Origin: Bacillota bacterium
Lineage (GTDB): Bacteria > Bacillota > Peptococcia > Peptococcales > BICA1-8
DNA: 64,000 nucleotides
Direction: 5' to 3'
NCBI GenBank assembly: GCA_049323895.1
Contig: JBMOKT010000021.1
Location: 193,219-257,218 of the forward strand
Below, piece after piece: positions 30,185 to 39,576 of the stretch. The position numbers and the translations under genes are program-made. The first letter of the stretch is position 1, and every line of letters starts with the position of its first letter. A model generated the notes under the pieces. It was not told where the DNA came from and did not search any database. It was given only the letters and a program-made list of their open reading frames with translations.

Positions 30185-31309
30185 TTATTCGATATATACC
30201 CGTGGTACTCTCGCAGATATCATACAAACTACTTCATAGTTAATTGTCCCCAGCTTTTCCCCAATCTCGTCAGCACTGATGCAATTATTTCCATTTTGAC
30301 CCAGAAGAATAAAATCATCATCAGTCCTTATCTGCGGACTATCAGTTATATCAACCATGCATTGGTCCATGCATATCTTACCGATAATAGGAAACCGTTT
30401 GCTATTATATAACACTTCTCCCTTTCCAGTCAATAGGCGAGTATATCCATCTGCATATCCTATCGGCAGGGCAGCCAAAATAGTTTCCCGAGAAGTAGTA
30501 AAAATGCCACCATAACTGATGCTAGTTCCTTCAGGGACCCTCTCAATCCTTGATGCTCTGGCTTTAAGAGATAAAGCAGCTCTTAAGTTTATCTTAGCTA
30601 AGTTAACTTGATCCGAAGGCTGAAGTCCATAGAGTATTATACCTGGTCGAACCATATCGAGGTGGGCGTCAGGAATATCTATAATTGCTGCACTGTTTGC
30701 AGCATGTTTAATGGGAAATTTATACCCGGATTGTTTTTCAACTTTGGCAATAAATTCAATAAACCGTTCTAGCTGTAGATAGGTATAGGACTTGTCCCTT
30801 TCATCAGCCTTGGCAAAATGGGTAAAAATACCCTCAATAAATAAATTTTGCAGATTTAAGATTTGATTGACAGCGTTGACATTTTTATCATTAAAAGTAA
30901 AACCGATTCTGCCCATCCCTGTATCTACCTTGAGATGGACTTTTGCAGTCTTGCCTATCCTTGCAGCAATTTTATTTAATTCTTCAGCCTCTTTTAGATT
31001 GTATATTGTCAAAATAATGTCATTTTCTAATGCCCTTGGATAATCCTCCGGGGGAGTCCATCCTAAAACCATAATTGCACTCTCAATTCCCCTCCGCCTT
31101 AAATACTCACCTTCATTGAGAATTGCAACCGCCAGTCTATCTGCTCCTGCCGCCAGACATGCTTTACTAACCTCGAAAGCACCATGACCATAGGCATTAG
31201 CCTTTACTACAGCCATTATAGTTCTTTGACCCACCAGCCTACGGATTTCCTGAACATTATTTTTAATAGCACCTAAATCCACTTCCGCCCAAACAGGTCT
31301 ACTTTTCAT
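30185..31309 (-). CDS. alr: alanine racemase
   Basis: AVVKANAYGHG (PLP lysine motif), ~374 aa. Confidence 0.95.
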   Translation of the reverse strand: MKSRPVWAEVDLGAIKNNVQEIRRLVGQRTIMAVVKANAYGHGAFEVSKACLAAGADRLAVAILNEGEYLRRRGIESAIMVLGWTPPEDYPRALENDIILTIYNLKEAEELNKIAARIGKTAKVHLKVDTGMGRIGFTFNDKNVNAVNQILNLQNLFIEGIFTHFAKADERDKSYTYLQLERFIEFIAKVEKQSGYKFPIKHAANSAAIIDIPDAHLDMVRPGIILYGLQPSDQVNLAKINLRAALSLKARASRIERVPEGTSISYGGIFTTSRETILAALPIGYADGYTRLLTGKGEVLYNSKRFPIIGKICMDQCMVDITDSPQIRTDDDFILLGQNGNNCISADEIGEKLGTINYEVVCMISARVPRVYIE

Positions 31310-32855
31310 AGGGAAAACTCCTCTGCAGTATTTTTGGCACAGCCTCTACAATATCCCCGGCCTTACTGCTGATAGAGCCGCGTTCCTCGGTCACAAGCTC
31401 TCCGGCCAGACCATGAAGAAATACCGCAGTACATATAGCCCCGTCAATATCTTCACACTGTCCAACCAAAGCACCAATCATGCCCGATAAAACATCCCCT
31501 GTGCCTGCAGTAGCAAGGGAAGGACTTCCAGTTGTATTAATATATATTTTTCCATCTGGAGCTGCAATTATTGTGTTTACTCCCTTTAATACAACCCAGA
31601 CTTTATAAGTTTCGGCCAAACCTACAGCTGATTTAATTCTGTCAGACTGTACATGGGCTGTATCTGTTTTTAAAAGTCTGGCCATTTCTCCCGGATGAGG
31701 AGTTAAAATAACAGGTGCTTTACAAACTCTTAATATTTCTAAATCCTCAGCTAAAGCATTTAATCCATCGGCGTCTATCACAATTGGTATTTCTATCTGC
31801 TCTAAAAGCCATTTTATTAATGACAGCAATTCACTGTTTCTACCTAAGCCCGGTCCCAAGACAACGGCTGTTTTTCCCAAGAGGCTGCTTGCTATCTCTG
31901 CCCCGGAAAGAAACCCTAATGAACCCTGGGGTGTTTCCGCAAGGGGCATAGTTATTAATTCCGGAAAACTACCTGCCAGTGATGATTGTATAGAGCGGGG
32001 TACTGCGCCGGTTACTAAGCCTGCTCCAAGGGCAAACGCACCTTGGGCAGCCAGATGTACAGCCCCCACCATTCCCTGAGAACCACCTACTATTAATAAG
32101 TGTCCAAAATTACCTTTATGACAGTCTTTACTCCTCTTGGGAATATAATTATACACATCATCAGGAGTAAGGAGAATTTTATTAATATTTAGACTATCTA
32201 CTAAAGTGTTTGGAATGCTAATATCGACTATTGCCAAATTTCCGGCAAAATCACATCCCGGATTAACGATTAGACCCAGTTTAGGCAGAGCAAAGGTGAC
32301 AGTGGTATCTGCGTGTACACAAGTTTCAGCGGTTTGACCGTTGTCCGCATTTATTCCCGAAGGAATATCTACAGCCAGGATATAACAACCGCTTTCATTA
32401 ATAATATTAATAGCCTTAGCAGCTGTACTGGACATTTCTCCTTTAAAGCCTGTACCAAATAAAGCATCTATAACAATATCAGTGTAATGCAAAGAAAGTT
32501 TAAAAAGGTGAAGACTATTTTCGTTATCCAAAGTATGCCATTTAATAGGCAGTTTCTGGGCAATTTTATAATTTACCAGTGCAGCACCTTTGTATTCCTT
32601 TGTGCCCAGAAGGAACATCTTCACATCGGCTCCAAGATTGGAAAGATGCCGGGCAATAACAAGACCGTCTCCGCCATTGTTACCTTTCCCTGCAGCTATT
32701 ACAACTTTTTTGCCTTTCATAGGGGAGAATTTCTTTTTTAAATATTCCACAACCTGTATCCCAGCATTTTCCATTAACACTAGCTCCGGTATTCCCCAGT
32801 GTTCTACTGCCAGTCTATCAATTCTGGCCATTTCCTGCCCGGTTACAATAAACAA
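31299..32855 (-). CDS. nnr: bifunctional NAD(P)H-hydrate epimerase / ADP-dependent dehydratase (YjeF)
   Basis: N-terminal YjeF_N (GKGNNGGDG) and a C-terminal carbohydrate-kinase-like domain (GTGDVLSG). Confidence 0.9.
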   Translation of the reverse strand: MFIVTGQEMARIDRLAVEHWGIPELVLMENAGIQVVEYLKKKFSPMKGKKVVIAAGKGNNGGDGLVIARHLSNLGADVKMFLLGTKEYKGAALVNYKIAQKLPIKWHTLDNENSLHLFKLSLHYTDIVIDALFGTGFKGEMSSTAAKAINIINESGCYILAVDIPSGINADNGQTAETCVHADTTVTFALPKLGLIVNPGCDFAGNLAIVDISIPNTLVDSLNINKILLTPDDVYNYIPKRSKDCHKGNFGHLLIVGGSQGMVGAVHLAAQGAFALGAGLVTGAVPRSIQSSLAGSFPELITMPLAETPQGSLGFLSGAEIASSLLGKTAVVLGPGLGRNSELLSLIKWLLEQIEIPIVIDADGLNALAEDLEILRVCKAPVILTPHPGEMARLLKTDTAHVQSDRIKSAVGLAETYKVWVVLKGVNTIIAAPDGKIYINTTGSPSLATAGTGDVLSGMIGALVGQCEDIDGAICTAVFLHGLAGELVTEERGSISSKAGDIVEAVPKILQRSFPYEK

Positions 32856-32861
32856 ACCTGC

Positions 32862-33236
32862 TTATCTCCTTTCTAAAACAACCACAGCAGTGGCATAATC
32901 TTTGCCGTGGCTCAAACTTATATGAAAAAAAACTGCACCTGTTTCACAAACCTTGTCCAGCGCTTTACCATGAAAAATTAGCTGGGGTTTGCCTAAAGCG
33001 TCATTTTGCACCTCAATATCCTGCCACTTAAAATCCCTTATCCCTGTGCCCAAAGCCTTAGAAGCTGCTTCTTTAGCTGCGAATCTTGCTGCTAAAGAAG
33101 CAAAAAAATTTCCGGACTTTTGGGCATAATCTATCTCCTGCCTGGTAAATATCCTCTCAGCCAGCCTAGGTCTGGTTTGTATAGCATTCTTTATCCTTGC
33201 AACCTCTAAAATATCTGTTCCAATACCGATAATCAT
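32862..33236 (-). CDS. acpS: holo-[acyl-carrier-protein] synthase
   Basis: MIIGIGTDILEV... The tracked ORF extends to 33284, but AcpS proteins normally begin at this motif. Confidence 0.88.
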   Translation of the reverse strand: MIIGIGTDILEVARIKNAIQTRPRLAERIFTRQEIDYAQKSGNFFASLAARFAAKEAASKALGTGIRDFKWQDIEVQNDALGKPQLIFHGKALDKVCETGAVFFHISLSHGKDYATAVVVLERR

Positions 33237-33261
33237 CATACACTCTCCATGTAGTACTAAT

Positions 33262-33435
33262 GGGTTAGTTATTGGGTCTGACATGCCAAGAAGTAAATGT
33301 ATTGCATCTGATGTACTTTGAGGTCATTCTTCTGCGTCTGACACAAGCATCAGACTAGCAATCTTACCCTCAAGCAATGTCAGACTAACAATCTCAGCCC
33401 ATAAGCAACTCAGACCAGCAATCTCCACCCAGCAG
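33262..33435 (-). repeat. family-B mosaic repeat, reverse orientation
   Basis: GGGTCTGACATGCC..., GCGTCTGACACAAGC, then TCAGACTAGCAATCTTACCC, TCAGACTAACAATCTCAGCCC, TCAGACCAGCAATCTCCACCC. Confidence 0.85.
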
Positions 33436-34779
33436 CTAATTGAGTTCTTGCTCAATCACTTCTGCTATCTGGTTCACAATTTTTTCCAGTTCGTTTAGGT
33501 CATTGCCTTCGGCCATTACTCTAATTAAGGATTCAGTTCCGGAAGCCCTGACTAGTATACGACCCCTCTTTCCCAGCCCCTGCTGAAGCTCAGAAATCAA
33601 CCCTTGTATTTTACTGTTGTTTTCCCAGCCTTTTTTTTGTTTGACCCGGACATTTTTTAGCACCTGTGGGAGTTTTTCCATCTGAGAGGCTAGCTGGGAA
33701 AGGGGTATATCGGTTTTTTTAACTATTTCAACCAGCTTAAGGGCAGTTAATATCCCATCACCAGTTGTATTATAATCCAGGAAAATTATATGTCCCGACT
33801 GCTCACCACCTAAGACAGCCCCTATTTGCAGCATCCTTTCCAAAACATACCTATCCCCTACTTTTGTTTCTTCAATCTCAATACCGAACCTATTAAAAGC
33901 CTGTTTTAAACCCAAGTTGCTCATTACAGTAACAACAACTTTATTGCCGTTAAGCTTCCCTTCCTTGAATAAGTCCAAACCGCACAGAACAAGGATTTGG
34001 TCACCATCAACAACCTCCCCATGATCATCAACGGCTAAAATCCTATCAGCATCACCATCATGGGCAATGCCTAAATGGGCACCATGCTTAAGTACCGCTG
34101 TCCGTAGTGCCTCCATATGGGTGGATCCGCAATCATCATTAATATTCAAACCGTCGGGATTGGTAAAAATATCTATTACCTCTGCGCCTAATTCTCGAAA
34201 TAATTCAGGTGAAATTTTATAGGCAGCACCGTTAGCACAATCAATTACTATCTTTAAACCAGTAAAATCAGTTCGGATTGTTGTCTTTAAAAAGTCTTTA
34301 TATAGTTCCTCGCCATCTTTAACATACTCTACCCTGCCAATACCGGAACCGGTAGGATAGGGGATGCCCTCCAGCTTATTTAAGAGAGCATTTTCAATTT
34401 GTTCTTCTAAGGCATCGGGAAGTTTAAACCCCAAATTGTTAAAAAACTTTATGCCGTTATCCCTTGCCGGGTTATGAGAGGCGGAAATTACTATTCCAGC
34501 CATTGCTCCTAACTTCTTTGTTAAAAATGCAATAGCAGGTGTTGGCATTACGCCAACCTTAAAAACATTGACACCAACAGAGCATATCCCGGAGATTAAA
34601 GCACTTTCCAACATATCACCGGAAATTCGGGTATCCTTACCAATTACAATATGTTTTTCACCTTCAAAATCCTTGCTTAAATAATAAGCTCCTGCCCTTC
34701 CTAATTGGTATGCCAATTCAGGTGTCAGCTGTGAATTGGCTTCACCTCTCACACCATCGGTTCCAAATATTTTTCCCAA
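33436..34779 (-). CDS. glmM: phosphoglucosamine mutase
   Basis: Tracked ORF trimmed to the TTG at 34779, with RBS AGGAG 8 nt upstream. It reads (M)GKIFGTDGVRGEAN and has the active-site motif SASHNPARDNG. The 42 extra codons run through repeats. Confidence 0.93.
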   Translation of the reverse strand: MGKIFGTDGVRGEANSQLTPELAYQLGRAGAYYLSKDFEGEKHIVIGKDTRISGDMLESALISGICSVGVNVFKVGVMPTPAIAFLTKKLGAMAGIVISASHNPARDNGIKFFNNLGFKLPDALEEQIENALLNKLEGIPYPTGSGIGRVEYVKDGEELYKDFLKTTIRTDFTGLKIVIDCANGAAYKISPELFRELGAEVIDIFTNPDGLNINDDCGSTHMEALRTAVLKHGAHLGIAHDGDADRILAVDDHGEVVDGDQILVLCGLDLFKEGKLNGNKVVVTVMSNLGLKQAFNRFGIEIEETKVGDRYVLERMLQIGAVLGGEQSGHIIFLDYNTTGDGILTALKLVEIVKKTDIPLSQLASQMEKLPQVLKNVRVKQKKGWENNSKIQGLISELQQGLGKRGRILVRASGTESLIRVMAEGNDLNELEKIVNQIAEVIEQELN

Positions 34780-34804
34780 ATCTATCGCTCCTATCGTTTT
34801 ATCT

Positions 34805-35178
34805 ATTGGGTAAGTGTATTGGGTCTGATATACTCCTTGGTCAGTCTTGTGCGTCTGACAACACCTGAGAAGTAGGATTTTGGGTCTGACATACCAGGCA
34901 GCCAATATTTTGCGTCTGCTGTACTATTTGGTCAGTCTATTGCGTCTGACACAAGCATTTTTAAGAATATCGACTAGCAATGTTTACCCAGTAGTTTGTC
35001 AGACTAACAATCTCAACCCATTAGAGCATCAGACTAACTATCTTCACTTAGAAGCAACATCAGACTAACAATCTTCGCCCGTGAGTATATCAGACCCGTA
35101 ATGTTTACCCTAAAGTACAACAGACTAACTATCTTCACCCACAAGCAACGTCAGACAAACTATCTCAACCCAGAAGTG
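34805..35178 (-). repeat. family-B mosaic repeat, largest array (~375 bp) in the cdaR-glmM spacer
   Basis: There are three GGGTCTGA...GCGTCTG(A/C) modules, then seven units of TCAGACTAAC(A/T)ATCT(C/T)(A/C)(A/C)CC(C), the reverse complement of GGGTGAAGATTGTTAGTCTGA. Confidence 0.9.
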
Positions 35179-35183
35179 TAAAA

Positions 35184-36440
35184 TTACTGCGAAATCTCAC
35201 CTGCCTGGGTCGATGGTTTATCTTCCTGCGGCTTAATCTCTACCTTTAATTTTATTGGCTCAACCTGCAAGACCTGAACATCACTTGGTGCGTCAGCATG
35301 TATCTCTAGTTCATGGGTACCAATCTCCAAGCCTGCCACATCTACAAAAGCCTGAATATCTTTTTCCGTCAGCTTGCTTACTACTTCATTTTTTCCTTCA
35401 ACCATTATCTTTGCCTTGTCGGCGGCTAATACAATCCTTTGGGTGCTCTTACCGTTATGCACCTTAATTTGTATATCAAAACTCTTTTTAACTGAACCTT
35501 CTTCCACCTGAACCATTACTTTTACTTTTGTACCATATAATAAAGTAACTCCTGATGGTACGCTTAAATCAATTTCCTGAATAATATTTTCCTTGGCGCC
35601 TGCCAGGGAAATAGGCAGAGTCTGCACCCTATCAATGGTGTCAAGTTTATTGAAAGGTCCAAGTATTTTTACAGTCTCAGGTTCAACCAAAATTCTTGCA
35701 ATTTGGAAGCCATCAGCAGGTTTGCCCTCAAAGACAGGTTTAACAGGCACAGTCTTGTTTGGGGTATCCTGGATGATAGGAATGAAAACCTCTACCGTAT
35801 TTGGGATGATTTTCAATGTATCTGATCCATACCAATTACCCCATCTATCCTGAACCTTAATGGGTAAATTCAATACCAAATTAGACTGAGCAGAGTTAAG
35901 GTTTACATCAGCCCGGGCTTCTGTTAAACTTTCCAAAATCTTACCAGGTCCTCTGATAACTACCTGAGAGGGTTTGACGGAAGCCTTAAAGCTTGAATAA
36001 CCATGGGCGGTCTGCCCTAGTAAAGCCACCTTAACCGGCACCTGTTTTTCAGAAATCTTATCAATATTTACTACAACCTCTTTCGGATAGATTTCCTTTA
36101 TTTCAATACCCAAAGGATTGGATATCTTTACTGGAACACTCTGTTCACCCATTTTAACTTGCGACAAGTCCAAAACAGCCTGGAAATCTTTAAGCCCAAG
36201 CCCACTGACTACTTTTTGGTCGCCGCTGATTTTGATATTTACTGAAGGGGCTTTAGAAGTAAGGGTTAAATCATCCCTTAAATTTTCATGGGAAACTGTC
36301 AGATTAAGGTTCTTTTCAACAGGAGGGTTTTGATCGGCAGAAACATAAAACCACAACAAAACAGCAAGAAGTATGGCAATTATTTTATAAATCAAGTTAT
36401 CCTTAAATGGTTCACCCATCATTATGACCTCCAGTTCCAA
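35184..36440 (-). CDS. cdaR: YbbR-domain protein CdaR (diadenylate cyclase regulator)
   Basis: N-terminal TM helix followed by repeated YbbR-like beta domains, in the conserved position between cdaA and glmM. The start may be the ATG at 36422 or 36419. Confidence 0.85.
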   Translation of the reverse strand: MELEVIMMGEPFKDNLIYKIIAILLAVLLWFYVSADQNPPVEKNLNLTVSHENLRDDLTLTSKAPSVNIKISGDQKVVSGLGLKDFQAVLDLSQVKMGEQSVPVKISNPLGIEIKEIYPKEVVVNIDKISEKQVPVKVALLGQTAHGYSSFKASVKPSQVVIRGPGKILESLTEARADVNLNSAQSNLVLNLPIKVQDRWGNWYGSDTLKIIPNTVEVFIPIIQDTPNKTVPVKPVFEGKPADGFQIARILVEPETVKILGPFNKLDTIDRVQTLPISLAGAKENIIQEIDLSVPSGVTLLYGTKVKVMVQVEEGSVKKSFDIQIKVHNGKSTQRIVLAADKAKIMVEGKNEVVSKLTEKDIQAFVDVAGLEIGTHELEIHADAPSDVQVLQVEPIKLKVEIKPQEDKPSTQAGEISQ

Positions 36441-37231
36441 TTAAAGAAATGGGTTGCAGCTTTTTGTTGTGGTGCAATTTTACTAAGAAGCAATTCTTTT
36501 AAAGTTACTTCATCCAAATACCTAGTTAACTTACCTTCTTCTGCTACAGAGATAACACCCGTCTCTTCGGAAACCATAACCACTACCGAATCGGAAACCT
36601 CAGTTATGCCCAAAGCAGCCCGATGTCTGGTACCAAGTTCTTTACTTAAATTGGGGTTTTCAGAAAGGGGCAAAAAACAACCGGCGGCAGCCATGCGGTT
36701 TGCCCTAAGGATTACAGCACCATCATGCAGTGGGGTTTTAGGAACAAAAGTATTTAATATTAGTTCACTTGTCACCAATCCGTCAACTTTAATTCCCGTT
36801 TCTACGAAGTCAGCCAGACCGGTTTGCCTTTCTATAACCAGTAGTGCTCCTATCTTCTTTTTAGCCATTATCTTAACAGCCCTTACCAATTCGCTGACTA
36901 ATTTTTCTACATCTTCCTGGGCCAAATATTCTGAACGGGTAAAAAGTTTCCCTCTTCCCAATTGCTCCAGCGCCCTTCTCAACTCCGGCTGAAACACAAT
37001 AGGAATAGCAATAAAAAAAACGGTTTGGGCCTTTTCTAATAGCCAGTTAATTGACTTTAGCCCAAAAATCTCACTAGCTACCGTTGCAATAAGTATAACA
37101 AAAAGACCGTTTATTAACTGTACCGCCCGAGTACCTTTTACAATCAGCATCAGCCTATAAATAACAAAGGCTACAATGGCAACATCAATTAAATTTATGG
37201 GATTTAAGATTTTTAAGAATTGTCCTAACAA
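36422..37231 (-). CDS. cdaA: diadenylate cyclase CdaA
   Basis: Three N-terminal TM helices and a DisA_N domain (GALLVIER, PLHDGAVIL, GTRHRAALG). Confidence 0.93.
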   Translation of the reverse strand: MLGQFLKILNPINLIDVAIVAFVIYRLMLIVKGTRAVQLINGLFVILIATVASEIFGLKSINWLLEKAQTVFFIAIPIVFQPELRRALEQLGRGKLFTRSEYLAQEDVEKLVSELVRAVKIMAKKKIGALLVIERQTGLADFVETGIKVDGLVTSELILNTFVPKTPLHDGAVILRANRMAAAGCFLPLSENPNLSKELGTRHRAALGITEVSDSVVVMVSEETGVISVAEEGKLTRYLDEVTLKELLLSKIAPQQKAATHFFNWNWRS

Positions 37232-37531
37232 GGCGGCACCTCCTTTAATTAACTATTTAAATACATTTTCGATAATTTCAAAAAAAACCCTGTTTTATAA
37301 ATTCCCATTTTTAAATATTTTTGTATTTTACTTAAGACTTCTCCCGATAATACTATTATACATTTTTTTATTGACAGTTAACGTTTTTCTCCTTAAGTTA
37401 TTATAGCAAGGAATATTTTCTATCTTTTTTTTATATCAGTCTATGCTATAATAAGTTGAAGAATTAGTATAGACTATCTTTATAAATTTAACTTTATCGC
37501 AGTCTATTATTGAGCTAAGGGGGTAGGAACA

Positions 37532-38248
37532 GTGAGAAAATGGGTCTTGCCAATTACTATAGTCTGTATTATATCCGGTTTGTTGCTATCACTGCAATTT
37601 AGAGTTCAGGCTTCGCTGGTTTCTAACCCTGTAGGACAGAAAAATCAAGCTTTAGTGGGACTTATCAACAACCTGGAAGCAGAAATAATCAGATATCAAA
37701 CAGAATTAGGTGACCTGCGCTCGGAATTGGAAAATATCGAAAACAATACAGCTTCTGGTCAGTCAGATATTAAAGCCCTCCAACAAAAAGTACAAAGGGC
37801 AAAGCTTAAAGCCGGTCTGTTGCCGGTTAAAGGCAGGGGTATTAAAGTTATCCTTGATGATAATAAGGCAGGACTTAACGCATCACCTAACGATGATCCA
37901 AATAGGTATATAATTCACTATGAGAATATACTTAATATTATTGCCGAATTAAAGCTTGGTAAAGCAGAAGCAATTAGTATTAATGGTCAAAGGCTGGTTA
38001 CATCGTCGGAAATAAGATGTGTCGGAAACGTCATCTTGGTTAATACTACCAGGCTTGCTCCACCCTTTGAGATTTCGGCTATAGGCAACCCGGAAATTCT
38101 CGAGGAGGTCCTTTTATCAGGGGAATATGATTTGCTTAAAAGTGCCGGATTCCCTGTCAGCTATACTATTTATCAAAAGGAGAATCCCTTGGAAATACCC
38201 GCCTATTCAGGAACCTATCAAATCAATTATACCAAGTTAAATAAGTAG
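37532..38248 (+). CDS. DUF881 family division/sporulation-associated protein
   Basis: N-terminal TM helix, coiled coil, and a C-terminal motif block (GPGIKVIL-like GRGIKVILDD, ELKLGKAEAISINGQRL). Confidence 0.75.
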   Translation: MRKWVLPITIVCIISGLLLSLQFRVQASLVSNPVGQKNQALVGLINNLEAEIIRYQTELGDLRSELENIENNTASGQSDIKALQQKVQRAKLKAGLLPVKGRGIKVILDDNKAGLNASPNDDPNRYIIHYENILNIIAELKLGKAEAISINGQRLVTSSEIRCVGNVILVNTTRLAPPFEISAIGNPEILEEVLLSGEYDLLKSAGFPVSYTIYQKENPLEIPAYSGTYQINYTKLNK

Positions 38249-38256
38249 GTGATATT

Positions 38257-38619
38257 ATGTGGCTCCCTCTTTTAGGTTTATTTTTTGGTGCTATCATTGG
38301 TTCTGCAGTATCCTTTCAAATACCTTTGGTTTTTGCCAAATATATGTCTGTCGCCGTTTTGGCCTCATTAGATTCCGTCTTTGGTGGGGTTAAAGGGGTT
38401 TTGGAAGAAACATTTGACGGCACTGTACTTCTAACAGGTTTCTTTACAAATACGCTTTTAGCTGCCTTGTTAGCATATCTAGGCGACCGCTTGGGAGTTG
38501 ACCTTTATATGGCGGCAGTTTTTGCCTTCGGTGTCAGGTTATTTCAAAACCTGGCAATTATCCGCCATCACCTGCTTTGCAGAAGCCTGAAAAACTACCG
38601 GGGGTGCCCCAGAAAATAA
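38257..38619 (+). CDS. sbp: small basic protein Sbp (DUF1290)
   Basis: MWLPLLGLFFGAIIG...SLDSVFGG...LGDRLGVDLY is typical of Sbp, between two DUF881 genes as in Bacillus ylxX-ylxW-sbp. Confidence 0.8.
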   Translation: MWLPLLGLFFGAIIGSAVSFQIPLVFAKYMSVAVLASLDSVFGGVKGVLEETFDGTVLLTGFFTNTLLAALLAYLGDRLGVDLYMAAVFAFGVRLFQNLAIIRHHLLCRSLKNYRGCPRK

Positions 38620-38639
38620 CCTATTAGGTTATTTTCGTC

Positions 38640-38765
38640 CTTTTGGGTGAAGATTGCTAGTCTGATGTTTGTGTCAGACGCTCAAGCTAAACCTATAAGT
38701 ATGTCAGACCCAATACACTAACCCAATAGTACCGTCAGACGCAATAAATTAGCTTCTTGGTCATA
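38640..38765 (+). repeat. family-B mosaic repeat inside the sbp-DUF881 spacer
   Basis: TTTTGGGTGAAGATTGCTAGTCTGA, then GTGTCAGACGCTCAAGC, ATGTCAGACCCAATACAC, CCGTCAGACGCAATAAATTAGC. Confidence 0.85.
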
Positions 38766-38781
38766 GAAAGTCGGTGATATC

Positions 38782-39474
38782 ATGCAAAAAAGCCATTGGC
38801 AAATACCTATTACTATAGTATTAGTTTTCCTGGGGATTTTATTGTCCGCCCAGTTTCAAACTCAAACCCGGGTTTTGTCTGATCTTTCCATGCAAAAATC
38901 CGAGGATTTAATTGCCATGGTTAGAAACCTAAGTGATAAAAGGCTGCAACTGGAGAATGAATTAGCAGAAACAGAAAATAAACTCTTTTCTATTAGAAGT
39001 TCTACTTCTGACGAAATAAATATTATAAACAACCTAAAAAGTGAACTAAATAAGCTGGAACTCATCAACGGAACAAAGGAAATAAAAGGCCCAGGCCTGA
39101 GGGTAATAATAAATCAAGATTCACCTATACTGTATATTGATATTGTCAGTATAATTAACGAACTATGGGCTGCGGGTGCAGAAGCCGTTTCAGTAAATGA
39201 TATTAGAATTGAAGCTAATACAGCTATATTCTATACTGAAACCCAAAATGCAATGTTTATTACCTTGAATAACCGCCCCCTCTTTTTCCCAATAATTATT
39301 AATGCTATCGGCAATACCAACACGTTGGAAAAAGGACTTACTTTACCGGGTGGTATAATGGACAACCTAGCTCTTTTCAGAGCTTACCCGGTCTTAGAAC
39401 ATGCAGAAGAAATAATCATTCCTGCAATAGAAGAAGAAACATTATTTCAAGAACTACAAGCAGTTAAAAAATAG
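38782..39474 (+). CDS. DUF881 family protein (second paralog)
   Basis: Same architecture as 37532..38248 (GPGLRVIINQD, ELWAAGAEAVSVNDIRI). Confidence 0.75.
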   Translation: MQKSHWQIPITIVLVFLGILLSAQFQTQTRVLSDLSMQKSEDLIAMVRNLSDKRLQLENELAETENKLFSIRSSTSDEINIINNLKSELNKLELINGTKEIKGPGLRVIINQDSPILYIDIVSIINELWAAGAEAVSVNDIRIEANTAIFYTETQNAMFITLNNRPLFFPIIINAIGNTNTLEKGLTLPGGIMDNLALFRAYPVLEHAEEIIIPAIEEETLFQELQAVKK

Positions 39475-39506
39475 GGCAGTTCATAAATATGAACCGCCCT
39501 ATTTTT
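39473..39506 (+). terminator. rho-independent terminator
   Basis: AGGGCAGTTCAT aaat ATGAACCGCCCT followed by ATTTTT. Confidence 0.8.
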
Positions 39507-39576
39507 ATACTTATTAAAAGAGTATGACTTTTACAAGGTAAAAAGTATAAGTGCAACATCGGCTTCCGGAGTCGCC
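39507..39576 (+). repeat. family-C element, copy 4, 3'-truncated
   Basis: ATACTTATTAAAAGAGTATGACTTTTACAAGGTAAAAAGTATAAGTGCAACATCGGCTTCCGGAGTCGCC stops exactly at the stop codon of the convergent 600-aa gene. Confidence 0.8.

Noticed and set aside
36288-36992. 234-aa plus-strand ORF overlapping cdaR and cdaA
   Set aside because: It is antisense to two well-supported conserved genes (CdaA DisA_N motifs on the minus strand), and its Ser/Thr/Pro-rich composition is typical of antisense frames.
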